A stretch of DNA of 64,000 nucleotides, taken from contig JBNZDD010013730.1 in NCBI GenBank assembly GCA_050575255.1, positions 5,358,345 to 5,422,344 on the forward strand, read 5' to 3'. Origin of the DNA: Harriotta raleighana (lineage: Eukaryota). A program made the translations under genes and the position numbers. Under the pieces are notes generated by a model. That model saw only the letters and a program-made list of their open reading frames with translations. It was not told where the DNA came from and ran no database searches. Shown one piece after another: positions 1 to 13,475 of this stretch. Within the stretch, counting starts at the first letter, position 1. Each line of letters starts with the position of its first letter.

Positions 1-1319
1 GAAAGAGGATACTTTGAAAGGATTCCATCATCGGGTGTGTGTATGTATAGTGATACATCTGGGGACTTCAAGATTAAGAGTGCATATTGACAATGCCAAA
101 TACAGAACAATTTTGTTGCAAATAAACTGTACTGGATAGTTTAGACCAGTGGCAGAGTTCCCACTTTTCAACATTTGATATCTTCCTAATAATCCAGCAT
201 CTGTCCTTTCATTTCCTCCTTAAGCATCGGATTCCATTTCTTTATTACCTTTGTTTTTTTGCTTAGTCTGAAAAACATTCTTCCTTTAATTTCCTTCCTG
301 TTCCACCCTTGGACTCTGATCAAAGCCAAACATTTCACTAATTCTGCTAATATCCCATTCAAATATTAGAAGAAAAAAATGTTACAGTAAGACCAATGTT
401 ATATAGGATGTTGATTTGGGTCCATAAAAATTATACCCTTTGATATAATGGGAAGGACACAACTCTTAAGTGTTTTGTGTCAGCACTTTTGGGTTGAACT
501 TACTGACCCACATATGCATGCAGTGTGCAAAAGGCTGGCAGGAACTCTCCCAAGCGTTTCCTGTACCTGTGAGCTTTTTGTGCCTGTGTGCTATGTGACA
601 GAAGTCATAATTATGTTGTACTTCCAGTATACTGTCGCTATATATAGATACTGTACCACTTTTAGCCAACAATATACATATTCTATTACGGTGGTTTCCT
701 TCAAAGAGTTGACTCTTTCCATTCAGTTTTCATCGCTGTCTCTCTTTTAGGACTCTCAATGGGATAGGGTTAAACTACTCCGAAGTTTGAAGAAATTCCT
801 GAGGCCTGAGAGATTGCTCTTGGAGAACCATACAACAGCAACAATCTCCCAGCAATAAATTCTGCAGGAATTACAATGATCTATCAGCAGTAACTCTCAC
901 AGGATTGACCAACACACAATCAGCTTTCCCTTACAATCATAATCCAGACAATTTCTTAGCTTGGAGGCTGGAAACTGCTGGACACATCTGCTGTGATATA
1001 TAGAAGATTTGTACCTGCAATTCATGTGTTGATGTTACAAAACTGGTTCTGCTATGTATAATAGCTTAAGTAAGTTTGAAAATGTGATTTTGAGGGGTGA
1101 ATACATGGGAGTAAAACACCCCGATCCCACAATAAACAAACTCATGTTACAATAAAGCCATTTTAATGGAGTTCTACTGCATATTGTCCAGAAATTTAAA
1201 GCCATTTTCATAATATCTTTCTCAGAATATTTTCAACTTTCGAAATGTGAAACCGAACTTTAAAGTACACTAAAGCAAGTACAGCCAAAGGTTATGGTTT
1301 AAATTAATGTGAGGAAATT

Positions 1320-1470
1320 TGGAACAGATATCATAAACCCAAAGGCAAGAGACAAAAATATCAGGCTATCTCAATATAGAAATGGATGCTATGGTGGAAG
1401 AATTGATAGTACTAGAGAAACGTGCTTGGTGAGCCAAATGGCCTTATCCCATTCCCACTAATTTCTTATC
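1320..1470 (+). mobile_element. CR1-type LINE 3' end remnant
   Basis: Ends in gagccaaatggccttatcccattcc...tttcttat, resembling the CR1 3' terminus (GGGCCGAATGGCCT...TTCTTAT); similar ends at 48.72 and 48.85 kb. Confidence 0.55.
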
Positions 1471-1639
1471 AGAGCATCAAAGTGTTGGAACAGTTTTGTG
1501 TGAGTGGGTTAAAATAAATTAAGGAATAATGTTCAAATGAAAGTTCCATTAAACAGGATTAATAAGGATTAGAATTCTAATCGTCCTCCAAATAATTATC
1601 TCTGTGTGCATTTTATATGTTTAGGGACACCAATGAGGC

Positions 1640-1990
1640 TCCGTTTTGAAACTCTTGCCTTGGAGTCAGACTGTTGTAAGTTTAAGTCTCATGTCAGGAT
1701 ATTATCAGTGGTGAATTCTTCAGGGGAGGCTTTAAATTGAGGTCCCGTCTGCCTCTTCAGATAGACATTAAAGATCCACTAGCACTATTTGAAAAGAGAA
1801 GAATTCCTCCCTAGTGTCCTGCCCAATAATCACCCAGATAAAATTGCTGTTCACTACATGGCTGTTTATGGAGCCTTGATTGTCACATTCACCTACAAAT
1901 ACAGTTACTGCTCTATACTGTAAATAGCGCAAAGTGCTTTGAAATTCTTCAATGAGATGATAAGGCGCTCTATCAAATGCAAGAATAATC
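1640..1990 (+). mobile_element. Deu-domain SINE (AmnSINE1/SacSINE1-like) with L2-type tail
   Basis: gaggtcccgtctgcctcttcagatagacattaaagatccactagcactatttgaaaagagaag...gtgtcctgcccaata resembles the Deu core as I recall it; ends in aaagtgctttga...taaggcgctctatcaaatgcaag. Confidence 0.75.
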
Positions 1991-2553
1991 AGAAGCAAAT
2001 TCGGGTCTGTAAGGGTGCCAAAAGGAATCGTGAAGCATTACATGTACACATGCAGTGGGGGGCACTAGTAAGCATAACAAACAAGTGACATCTGGTGTTA
2101 GTAAAAGCGATAACCTGGGTTACGATTGAAAAATCTCTGTGATACAACATCTCCTATAGCCAACACCCACAGTGAAATGGTGGTCATTTGGCAAGAACAT
2201 GAACATCCTTGATTTAAAATCCGTTTGGACGGATGAGAAACAACCCTTTTTTTGTTTGCACAACAGAATTATGACACAGCGAGTAAATGTCCAGTGATCA
2301 CTCAGGGACCAAGAGTGTGGAGGTTCCACTTTCAATTCCCTCCAGAAATGGAGCAGCATACTTTCCAAATTACGTTTCTGCACATTTTCTTGGCAGTTGT
2401 GTTCCACAGCTGCAAAGACTCCACCAGTCCTGAGCCACACAAACAAAAGTGAAATCATTAGCAGACCACAGCTGCTCCATTTGAGACACAGGCATACATA
2501 CGTACAGTCTACCTACCAAAATGCAGCACCCAGTCATTTGTAGGATGCTCACA

Positions 2554-2950
2554 GCATCTTGATTCGGTGGTTAGAGCACTCACCTCAAAGGTGTGAGACC
2601 CGGGCTCTGCTCCCGGCAGGGGGAAAACGTTGGGCAAGTTTCCTTACTCCACATGCCTCTGTTTACCTAACAGTAATTAGAAACCCAGTTATTAGTCGAT
2701 TGGCGGATCACTTTTCCGGAGATAATCATCCTTATAAAACAAGCAGAAATAATTTGGTCACCCAATCCACCCAAATTAATTATTATTATTAATAAGAATC
2801 TAGTGTCTCAATCTGCAAATGTTTGTGGGCGCTGCCGTGCGCAATTAGCTGCTATGTTTTGCCCATAAAATAAACAGTGAATTCATTTTATAGTTAATTC
2901 TACGAAGCACTTCGAGACTTTGCAAGATGTAATGCAAATTATCATTATTA
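2554..2950 (+). mobile_element. tRNA-derived SINE, near full length
   Basis: tRNA-like head (ggtggttagagcactc...gagacccgggctctgctccc), body ttgggcaagtttccttactccac shared with copies at 14.5, 25.7 and 48.2-48.6 kb, and tail gaagcacttcgagac...aatgcaaattatcattatta. Confidence 0.85.
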
Positions 2951-4960
2951 AACTACTACAAGTAGGAACTGTTCCCCATTTTTGCTATGTTGGTGGAGCA
3001 GGGGTTATGTTTTAAAAATCCATTGCTACCCTTACCTGAAAGGGCCTAGGGACACACTTTTAATTTATTTTTCCGATATCTCTCGGTAATTGTAATGGCT
3101 GTTGTTGACATTTCTTCAGAGAATATGGCCACTGATGCAGTTTGGTACACGTTCTTGAGACCCATGTTTTGCTGTCAGGATATATACAGCTGTCACTGGC
3201 AAGGATATATACAGCTGTTCTTGTAAATGAACACCTGGGAAACTAGCAATACTCTTTTCTTTAGAAAATAAAACTTCTATCAACATTTTTAATTACCAGT
3301 CTGGCAAAATCTCAAGGTACACTATTATGAAACTGTTTACACGGTTTCAAAGCAATTTGATTTTTTTTATCCCCCTTTAAATCCAAGTCCTATGAAACTG
3401 CAATGTACTGTATTTGCAAGTCTGGAGTAAAATGAAAAAAATAGCTTCAAGTCAGAAGGGAGAGAAATGTAAAACACGTTAATAATTTCTGCATTTTATG
3501 CATGAATTCATATAATATGAAGGGTGTAAGAGAGCGTAGAGTACGAAGCGGGTGTTCAGGCCACCCAGAGTCTAACCACTGTGGAATAAGTCCAACCTGC
3601 AAATTTCTGCACAGAAACTCCCCAATCCACAAAGATGCGAAGCCAAAGCTGCAGGATATTCACCTCTGGCTGTTTTTATCCTTTAACAAACAACATTCCG
3701 CACTCTCCACTCCCATCTTCCGTGAATATAGAGCCCTGTTTTGTTTCCCGATATCCACCTGTTTATTGCCTTGTTCAATGGCTTAAAGTAGCTGCAACAC
3801 AGAAATAAGAAGCATTCAAATTAGAAGCGAAGACACGTTGTGAATTATTTGAAATGCTTCATTACTTTTAGAAATTATCTAATGTGTTACATTATTAATG
3901 ACATAATTCAGTGGTTTGTGTTTCTCAATGTTAGCAATTTAAGCCATAATTAATGAGAAAAGCTGCATAATACAAACTCACAACAATTCTGCACTTACGG
4001 CATTCTGTGGCGTTTAAGAGCACTTCAGTACGTTGGGGTAACAAACCAGACAATAGCATTTCATTCAGACCTATTTGGTGACAAAGTGGGAAACGGCTGA
4101 AAACATTCTCGCCCAGTAGGTGTTTTGTTTAATGTCTCATTACTTATCACCGGTTGGTGAGGGATAAAGGGAAATTATTGCACCAGATGGAGAAAACATC
4201 TCCGCCTTTGACAGCTAAAAGAGCACAGCTAATTTAGGCGCTAAAGAAGGGCACAGGCCGGAGTCGGAGTAATTACTGCTTGCTGCCAAAAAGGTGTTTC
4301 AAAAGGGTTGATATGATGAGAATGAATAATCATGCATCTTCTTTACACTATTGTTCACTTTGTTTCCCAGAAAGGCTGAAACAAAATGTCAAGAACTTGT
4401 CATATTTGTTCAGCAACTTAGTTTGTCAGTAGAGTTTTTTGCAGTGTGAAAACAATAGTAAATCATTGGCAGGTTTTGCTGCTTCTATCCGACACGCCGA
4501 GAGAGCATCTGTCTGTAAAATTGAGGGGATTTTGTTGATATCTCCAGAGACCAAAGAGCTGGATTTTACCACCATAAAGTGTCAAACACAGGATGTAAGA
4601 TATTGATGCACAATAAAAGTTCTCTCCACAGAAAAAAAGTATTTGTATATAAGAAACATGTAATGTTCCTGGCATTTGCTTCCAAGTATAATGTACCCAT
4701 TAAATTTAGATGTTAATATTTTGTATTTAGAAAATGCCATTAATATACTCACAGAATTGATTGTTTTTTGTAGAAGCAAAATAAACCAGATCTGATAATT
4801 ACAGGAACCTGAACAGACTAACTCCTTTTTATGGATTTAATTGCGAGCAATTAAAAGGCAAAAATATTAATAATAATCCTTGTATTCGATATAGCGCTTT
4901 TTACAGCTTGGGTCTTCACTTTCAGAAGGACAACACAAAAAAGTGAGAAATCTGGTCTGA

Positions 4961-5055
4961 ATAATAATAATCCTTCCCTTTAACAGAGTGCCTTATCACG
5001 TTGTTGAGATGTCTCATTGGCGAAATGTGGCAGCCAATTGCATACAGCAGCTCCC
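4961..5055 (-). mobile_element. SINE 3' tail fragment
   Basis: ataataataatcctt...gccttatcacgt...gatgtctca...ggcagccaattgca is the reverse complement of the shared SINE tail. Confidence 0.7.
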
Positions 5056-5344
5056 CATTTACAGTCATAGATTGAATGACCAAAATAAGATGATTACAAT
5101 TGATAATTAGAATTAATAAAGAATATTTACACAAATCAGATAATCTGATACAATCATGAAGTCCTTCAGACTGCTACTTCTTCCAAAATAATTCTGAAGT
5201 AAGTTATCATTAAGAGATACCAGGACTGATGAGTAGCCTATGGAAGATCTGTGCACATGATCCAGTTGCTTGTCTAGCCACATTTTCAATTACAGGATCG
5301 GGTCAAATTTACTTATATTCCCATTTTCCATGTTTTTGAAGCAA

Positions 5345-5760
5345 TGCCTAATAACCCCCTTAATCTTTATTTTCCAATAATAATAATTTCAATTCTATCA
5401 GTCTTTCCTCACAACCTTAAGGCTCAAAATCATCCTTTCAGCCCAGTGAATCCTCCCCAATACATCAGTGCTCTTTTCAAGATAAAGTGCTCAAAATTGC
5501 ACCTAGGATTCATGATACAGCATACAAATGAGTTACACGGGATGAAGTTGACCTGATTCAACTTATAATCAAATTCCCTCAGGAAGATTCTCACACTGAT
5601 TAGATACTTTAAGTATCGCAACTGACTGTTTTTCTTTGTTTTAACCTTTGCCAACAGGCACCCAGCTATGTGTACACATGTTTCACGTACCGATGCTTAG
5701 TATTCAACATTTATCCACATTAAATTCCATCTGCTATCTACTTTATTTGTCCAGATCCTA
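5345..5760 (-). mobile_element. CR1 LINE ORF2 C-terminal remnant
   Basis: ttatccacattaaattccatctgc reads QMEFNVD on the minus strand (CR1 WQMEFNVDKC motif); rest heavily decayed. Confidence 0.6.
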
Positions 5761-6211
5761 CAGAGAACCCTGGTTTGAGGAAGAAAGAAAATGCTAACTG
5801 CATAGCTAGCCAGCTGGATATGCACAGTTAAGGGCTTATGTTTCGTCTGGACTCTGATTTGTTAGTAGAAATAACTTATTAGGGATGAATGTTTTGGAAT
5901 CTTAAGCATTTGGCTTTAAAGACCTATAACTTAAGGTCTCTACAACGTGTGCACTGCCAAAGTTGAGTCTACATTAAGCGATCTGAGATGTCGCCCAGCA
6001 TGGAGGGAGCCTTATAAATGCAAGTTGTTTCATTTGAATAGAATATAGCCATATGAATAGAAAAATACAGCAAGATAACAGATAGCAAAACTATCAAGCA
6101 TTTAATTCCATGCCCTATTCTACTTAGGATACCGCCAAATAATCCCCCGATAATTGACCAGATCCATGTCAGAAAATCACCAGGGATTTCCCAAATGTAC
6201 AGATCCAGCAT

Positions 6212-6450
6212 CAGCCAAAAAGGTACATTTCTATTGTGCCTTTCACATCAGGAGGATGTCCCAAGTCACTAGACAGTCAGGGATTCAAACCTGAGCTGGT
6301 GGTTTGGTTAAGGAGGGATGGAAGGCGGGTGGGGGGATAAGGGTAGGAGCAAGACTGAAGGCACGGTCGAAGAGGAGGTCTTGAGATGGGTCTTGAAGGA
6401 GGCAAGGGAGGGGGGAAGGTGGAGGGACTGTGGGATGGAGTTCCAGAGGG
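6212..6450 (-). mobile_element. L2 LINE 3' end
   Basis: Reverse complement of the L2 tail (tttcacatcaggaggatgtcccaag) followed by purine-rich 3' UTR; matches the copies at 47.6-48.0 and 53.3-53.8 kb. Confidence 0.8.
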
Positions 6451-9400
6451 TAGGATATATATTAAAAACAGACATTAAAATAAGAGAAACTCAAATATTG
6501 CTGCTGGACTGCAGTCACTGATGTTAGACAATGGGGTCTAGTTTGGGGATTTCTTAATGGGAATCTTAATAAGGAATCCTGTTAGTATTCCAGTTGCCCT
6601 TTGGGAACTCCACTCCGGAAGTAGCTTGCTAATTGGCCTGACGCATCTACGGCTAGTGGAAGGAATCTCAATTGGTGTCATTTGCATTCCCGGATAAGAA
6701 ATACCACAAATTAGATTTGAGCATCCATCATAGTGGCAGAAAGGTAACACTGGAAAATTGAAAATAGATTTCTTGAAAAACCACTGGAGGTGAAACAGGA
6801 AAATGATAATGGACAGGAAGAGTCCAACATGTGCTAAATTCAAACAAATGCAAATAAACTCAAAATAATTGACAGTATAGGATCACTTAGATTTACAAAT
6901 TAAGTCACTACTAATCACCCAACAGCATTATTTATGCTTGACAGTGATTTCAATGGCTGAGGACAGGATGCTTATTCAGAAACCAAGTATTTGAATGCCA
7001 CCCTCTGCAGGTGATGCCCATGGGATAAAGTTAGAATATCTCCGAATTGCACAATATTCCACTTCAGATAGATTGAAAAAAAAACGACACCTTCAGTTAG
7101 TTAGTAAGAAATAGTATCAACAACAGCTGAAGAACAACTCAAGATTTAGGACACCAGGATGAAAGTGGAAGATTTGTTGCCATGGGTGGGGCAGGGGCAG
7201 GGACGCGGGGTGGAAGGTGGGGGGTGAAAAGGAAGGAGAAATTCAAAACCCAAAGTCAATATAAAGGTTAAAGTCAGATATCACAGCAATTCGTGAGAAT
7301 TGCATCAGCAATATGACCAGATTATGGCTCTTAATTCTTAGTTGGGCAACTGTACCGTGAATAATGGTTGTTCAACCATTTACACCTTTCCAGTCTGTTT
7401 GGATCATTTGGAAATGAAGCAAGAGATTGTTATTGCAATCTGCTCAGAAAACAGAACCAGGTGGTACCATATGCAGGGCTCTGAATTAATGCTGCTTTGG
7501 CGATTGAACTCAATAGTTTTCAAATGGACCAGCCAGACTGCCAAGAGTCTGCTCTGCTCGCTTAACAACTTCAATTACAAACATAATAAATATTAGTTTT
7601 GCTCGAGATCTTGCTGGAGTCTAATATGTGAAGCTTTCCTTTTTCTGACACGTCTCTGAGTTGCGGTTGATTCCTTTCAGAAATAAAGCATTCCTGAGCG
7701 AGAAGCCTGATTTATACTTAATCTTGCTAATCCCAAATCATAATTTGTCTGAGGAGTGAGGAGAGTTTTATGTATCTGCACCAAAGAGTAAGCAAAGAGT
7801 TTCCACAAACCATGATAAATAACGTGCAGTTGCTAAAGTTACTATAGAACCAATTTATTCGGTAACGGTATTAAGAATGATTCGTTTTAACAGCCGAGGA
7901 TAAACTGATATGAAGTACCTACAAATAATACGGAATGACAAATGATTTTCCTGGTGAAATCCTCTCCTTGGAATCCTTTCCCAGTTCCAGACATTGTCTG
8001 GGAATGGCAGGGAGCATTGACCATCGAAGCAAAACTATTTGCAATTTAGAAGCAAAAAGGTTGCTAAATATTCATAAGGAATCACTGTAATGATTTAATA
8101 TTTTAAAAATGATGCCACTTACTTCAAGGGATGTGATGGGAAACTGGCAACAGTGATATTAGAGGAGACAAACAGATGTTCCCACCCCCACTGTGAATTC
8201 GATTAAGAGGCTGATAACATAAAAGAAACTGGTGCTAAACAACATTGGTAGTTTTTTTTAATGCCAGTGATAATCTCTATTTATATAAGCGTCAGCAACT
8301 CAGTTTGGGCATAACACATTTCAAATTAGTTGCTTTCGACCAATGATATTTATCATATCCACATCCTGCTGTCTGGTGGTCTAGCAGCTTAATTTTGATT
8401 CCTGCATATAATGAGTACATTGGGAAGTAAATTTCCAATTTGTTAATGTTAAGTGTGTCTACATCTCCCAAAGACAGATTCTAGTGCAAGGCAAACTCTA
8501 ATTTCAGTCATTACCCACACGCCCCGAGTATAGGTAAAATCATATACTGAATCGTTCCATCTGTGTCATGTAAGAGTGCACAATTCTGATGATAATAATC
8601 TCTACCCCATTTCTTGGCCAAGCACAAATCACCTCACAGTTCTTTTGGAGTAGTTCCACCCTCACCAAAGTCACACAAAGCACTTCATGTTATAAGCCGG
8701 GGCATCTTATCTTTTATTCCAAACATTTCAAAACTGTCCCCAACTCAGCTGGATCTGGCTGTTTTGATTGCTTCACTTCGTTCATTGCTATTGAACCTTT
8801 TTGTTTCTTTGGAAAAGAGAATATCAAAAACTTTGAATTCTGAAGTATGCTTTTTGTGCTTTGTGCCATAGGTACACTGAGAGGAGGTGTAACACATGAA
8901 CAATGTGTTCTCTCTGTTCGAAGAACCTTCACCATCTGATTTGTCTCACGTGTGCTGAAGTTTTGCAGTCAATTGTCACACAGCAGAGCACTCATACGTG
9001 TTAACACTCCAAGCAATGTGATCGAGATTCAATCTGTGCTGCGCAGAAATTTATTGTAATGACAGTTTAATCAGATTGCTGTTTTCTTTTTACTAATTCT
9101 TGTGAATGAGGCCAACTGGAATAGAAAAAATAATATTGCTGAATAAAACAAACAAGAATAGAGTGATTAGCACAAGTTCCCTTTGTGCAGTGGAAGAGTT
9201 ATCTTTTGTTAAATGCAGTCATCAATGATTTCACTGAACAAACATGCTACAATAATCTACATAATAATTTAAAAACTGCAACAGAGCTAATGATCTCAAT
9301 GAGACACACTTTAGTTTAGTTTTGCCTCATTCTTGCCACTCAGCATAACTGCTGCAGTTGGAGGCTGGGGCATGACATGAAATGAAACACTCTGAATTTT

Positions 9401-12400
9401 ATGTGGAGCAATGTTAACATATTCCTGGTATGGATCACACAAGATCACGAGACACTGAGATAAAGAAAGCTCTTCGGCCCATTTGATCTCATCCTTCCAG
9501 TTGAGGTTAAGTAGCTCCAATATGTGAGTGATTGTTTAAATTACTCGGACTAATTATTGCACTTTTAATGAACCATCGTTGCAAAAACAACAGGTAATAA
9601 GCCTTTTCGGAATAGGCTGGATTGTTCCTCCAGCAACTAAATCTCATTACTGTGCACAGTTTTATAATGGCTCCTACGGTGATAGAGATGTTAATCTAAC
9701 TTTGTAATAGGTGGCAGCTAATGTGCATGGAGATGAAGTGAAAAGACACAAAGAATCTAAGATAACGGTTCAGCTAGTTAAAGTACCACAGTTGCCTGTT
9801 ACATACAGTACTTTGGAAGCTTGTCCATTTACATATGTTTTCAATGTCTGCCACAATGGATCAAAAGGGCAGAAGAAATTGCTATGATGGAGAAAATTAT
9901 CCATCAAATCTTGTTCATCAAATCTTATGAGAACTATTAAATCCTTTTTTACATAGCCTGTTTAAAACTTGGTCTCTGCCAGAAGATAAGGGTTGATACC
10001 CAGTTGGGTGTCAGGTTTGTACAAAGTTCAACCATTTGTCATCCTCCTCCTTTGAGATATGTAATAATTAAGTGTTTAAAAATATATATGCTATTGCAAT
10101 CATTGCCAGTCTTGATATGGTCGGGACATTGAAATTCTGAAGGCTGGCAATGGATGCCTGAACAAAACTACGCATTTCTATTGTTTATAATTTTAGGGAT
10201 GGATCCATTGTATTATCCTGAGCTTTGATGGTTCTTTGTTATGTGGTTTTTTTGAACCTGTCTACATTGTGACAGCGATGTGTTGAGCTTTTTATTGTTT
10301 GTTGCATCAGTGGGCTGCACTCACACATATGCCTTATTTTAGGTGATCTGGTTGAGTTGTTTTCATCCCAGTGGATCACTGGATGTCAATACAGAGTTTG
10401 CTGATTGATTGTGATGAATGAATTAATACTTCTGGAAATTTTCTTACCCACCAAGCCAAGAACACATTTGGAAATATACTCTGGTTATCATTAATAATGA
10501 TAATAATAATAATCCTTGCATTTGATATAGCACCTAATGTAATAAACATGAAGACAATCAGGTACTAACACACAATACATACTCATTTGTAAATAGAGAG
10601 AAAGGTGTTTGAATGCTTATGGTGTTTGAAGTGTTAAGATTTCTGCACAAGCAGTGTAGAATTTAGTGCTGCATTATGATAATACCTCATCGCTTCTGAT
10701 TGTTTTTGTTAAATGCCAAAGGTGCTACTTAAAATTGCAATAATCTCCAACAGTACCTGGGAAAAAATAATTCTATTTAAATACAAATTCCCAAGTTTCA
10801 AATTAAGCTTGAAAGGGAATGATGGGTTAAAGGAGGTTTTAGACTGAAGCAAACACCTGCTCAATTTAATGCATTCCTAATGTGTGTGTGTTTGGCACAT
10901 TGTTTTTTGTTTTAAAAATATAGAATGATTGTGTACAATTTTGTGATGAATTTTCAACGCCAAAAAAAAAAATGGAACCCCCTTGCACTTCTATATTACA
11001 GTCTTTTCTTAAGATTTTCAGATTTGTAATTCTCAATGAAAGTACAGTTTGGAGCAAAATTAACTGTGAGACACATGACGGCAATCAGTGACCTTACAGT
11101 TCTCTATGAATTATATTTAAAATACGTTTCAAATTTAAGTGAGGTTGGCTTGCTCGTCCCCCCAAAATTATGCAACGTATTTGTTAAAGGGAATTATTTC
11201 CAAAACACAGGATCCAATTCCGGTTTTGTTTCTGTAAATCTTAAAATAGGATTGTTTAAAGTATTTATTTACCCAAAGTGGATGGGAATGGGATGGAATG
11301 AAAAATAAGATAGATGGCAGCCAGGTCTTTTTGAGTTGTCGCATCTTTATAATCTACACTGTTGGAGTCATTGCTCTGGTTCTTTAGCAGGCAATGTGAC
11401 ACTTGCATGCCAAAGCTATATCTGAAAATAGAAGTTTGATCTCAACGGCTGGTCTGCAAGGTTTCCACGCTGTCTTTTTTATTGTACGACTAGGGAGATG
11501 TGACAAATCTCGTTTAGTTCACTTGGGATCATCGTAGTAAAATGCACTTCCCACTCTCTCTGATCAGGCTATCAATTCTGTAGTGATAATTGATACACTC
11601 ATTCTCAGAGTACAACAGTACCTCTTTCTTAACTGAACTCTCTAAGGAGAACTGTATACTGGCACAGAACCACCAGGTAATAAACAAGTACTTTGCAATG
11701 TCCCCACACAATTGTTGTTATAAGCAGCTCCAGGCACAGACATTATGAATGTAGAAGCCTAAGTGCTGTATATGCACAATTGCACTTTATCGGTTGAAAG
11801 GAACAACTAAATTAGATGTTTCTCTCCCCCTCCCTCCACCATTAGTTTCTACTGAGGTGAGAAATAGCTTGACCAAAATTACTTCATTTTGCTCTGTGAA
11901 ATAATAAGCATTGGAAGCGTTTAAACAGAAGTAGGTTTCGAATAAAATTCCTGACCGTTACCACAAGATATCCATAAGCCATTAAATAACGTACTCCCTG
12001 AAAGATAGACAGTAAAGGGTAGAAAGTGCACTCATAAGAGTCCCCGAGAAGCACAAATCAATTGGTGACATAAAGAGTTACAACAGAGAAATCAAAGTGC
12101 AACAATATAGATATAGAGTAGTAAAGACCAGGCATTCAGTACAGGAGTTTTGTGAAGTACAGTAATGTTTTCAAGATGTTAGCACGCTGTGGGGAAGAGT
12201 TCCCCATAGCTGCCAACAATAGTGTTTTCAGTGGTAACGGAGCAATAAATCCACTTAGTTAGCACCCAATAGTCATGCACGAATGTTCTCTTGCATGAAG
12301 GCAAGCCAATGACGCCATTGTTCTCAGGGCTTGGTTTGTGCAATGCTAATGATGCACAGAGCTGTACATTAATGGTCCATGATGGTTACCATCGGGATCA

Positions 12401-13354
12401 GAAATGAGGAAATTGGAACTGTTGGTAATTTGGGCAGAGTTGAATTTACTGCCCAAGTAGACAGTGAGAAAAGTCCTGGATTTTTCACTCACAATTATTC
12501 AACACAGGTAATAAGGCGCATTAAAAAGGATTTGTGAAACATTTTGAGCAGCATTTCACACTGAAATGCATTTTCCTCTAATAGTTGCTCAGCTATCTCA
12601 TTACATTTAGTTTAACACTACTCCTCCAAGTAAGCTAAGTAAACCCTCTTCGGTTAAAAAACGAAACATTTGGTGTGTGGCAAATAGCAATACCCATTAA
12701 AACATGATTGAAAACGCATGACATTTGAAGTTTGTAGAGTGCTGTGCTCTTACCAAAATGAGTTAAAGGAGTAGCTGAATTGACACATTTTAAATATTGA
12801 GTTACCAATCAACTCTCCGAGTGCTTCAGCCTTGGTTCATAACCTTGCTGCAAGTATCAGAAAATATTATTGCTAAACTGCAAAACAGTTTAAGAACGAA
12901 ATCCTCTGGATCAGGGCTGCAATGAACCTGAAATAATGGTTTTATACCAGCTGGTTTCTCGATGCATTTTTCTCTGTGCATTAACGTACTTCTTTATCAA
13001 GGGTGCATTTAAATGCCTTAAGTAACCGAAGAGCTAACTGAGGAAGGGAAGACTTTTTTCATGGGCTTAATTGAAAGCCTTAATCGTGTATTGGCATTAA
13101 TAGCAACATGGCATGCTTCCCATCCTGTCTCAAGCCATTGAGTTGCTGTAAGCATTCGTTCCCTTGGTTTAAACAGATTTCTGATTTGCTTCCATGTTTG
13201 TGCATTAGAATTCTAGAGAATTACCAGGTTCTGGTGACGCAGCTGATAATACCTCCCCAATGAATAATATATCACAAAGTTGTGTACCTAACCAGTCAAG
13301 GTCTAGGAACGGCCAATTTTAAGGTACTATTAGATATGTCTTGAGAACTCCACA

Positions 13355-13475
13355 ATTAAATGGCATTTTTGCTCATAACATGCAGTCAATTCGGTTTACA
13401 GTATATTCTGTGAAGCGCTTTGAGACATTCAAAGACGTGATAAAGTGCTACATCAAATGCAAGGATTATTATTCT
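13355..13475 (+). mobile_element. SINE 3' tail fragment
   Basis: cagtatattctgtgaagcgctttgagacattc...gacgtgataaagtgctacatcaaatgcaaggattattatt. Confidence 0.8.

Noticed and set aside
3177-3218. 17-bp direct repeat aggatatatacagctgt (a similar case at ~24775-24815)
   Set aside because: Two copies only, consistent with slippage duplication; not a CRISPR or other array.
7975-8015. Short palindrome ccagacattgtctgg
   Set aside because: Short enough to be expected by chance in 64 kb.
8714-8935. 73-aa ORF that reads protein-like
   Set aside because: No recognised homology and no supporting gene structure.
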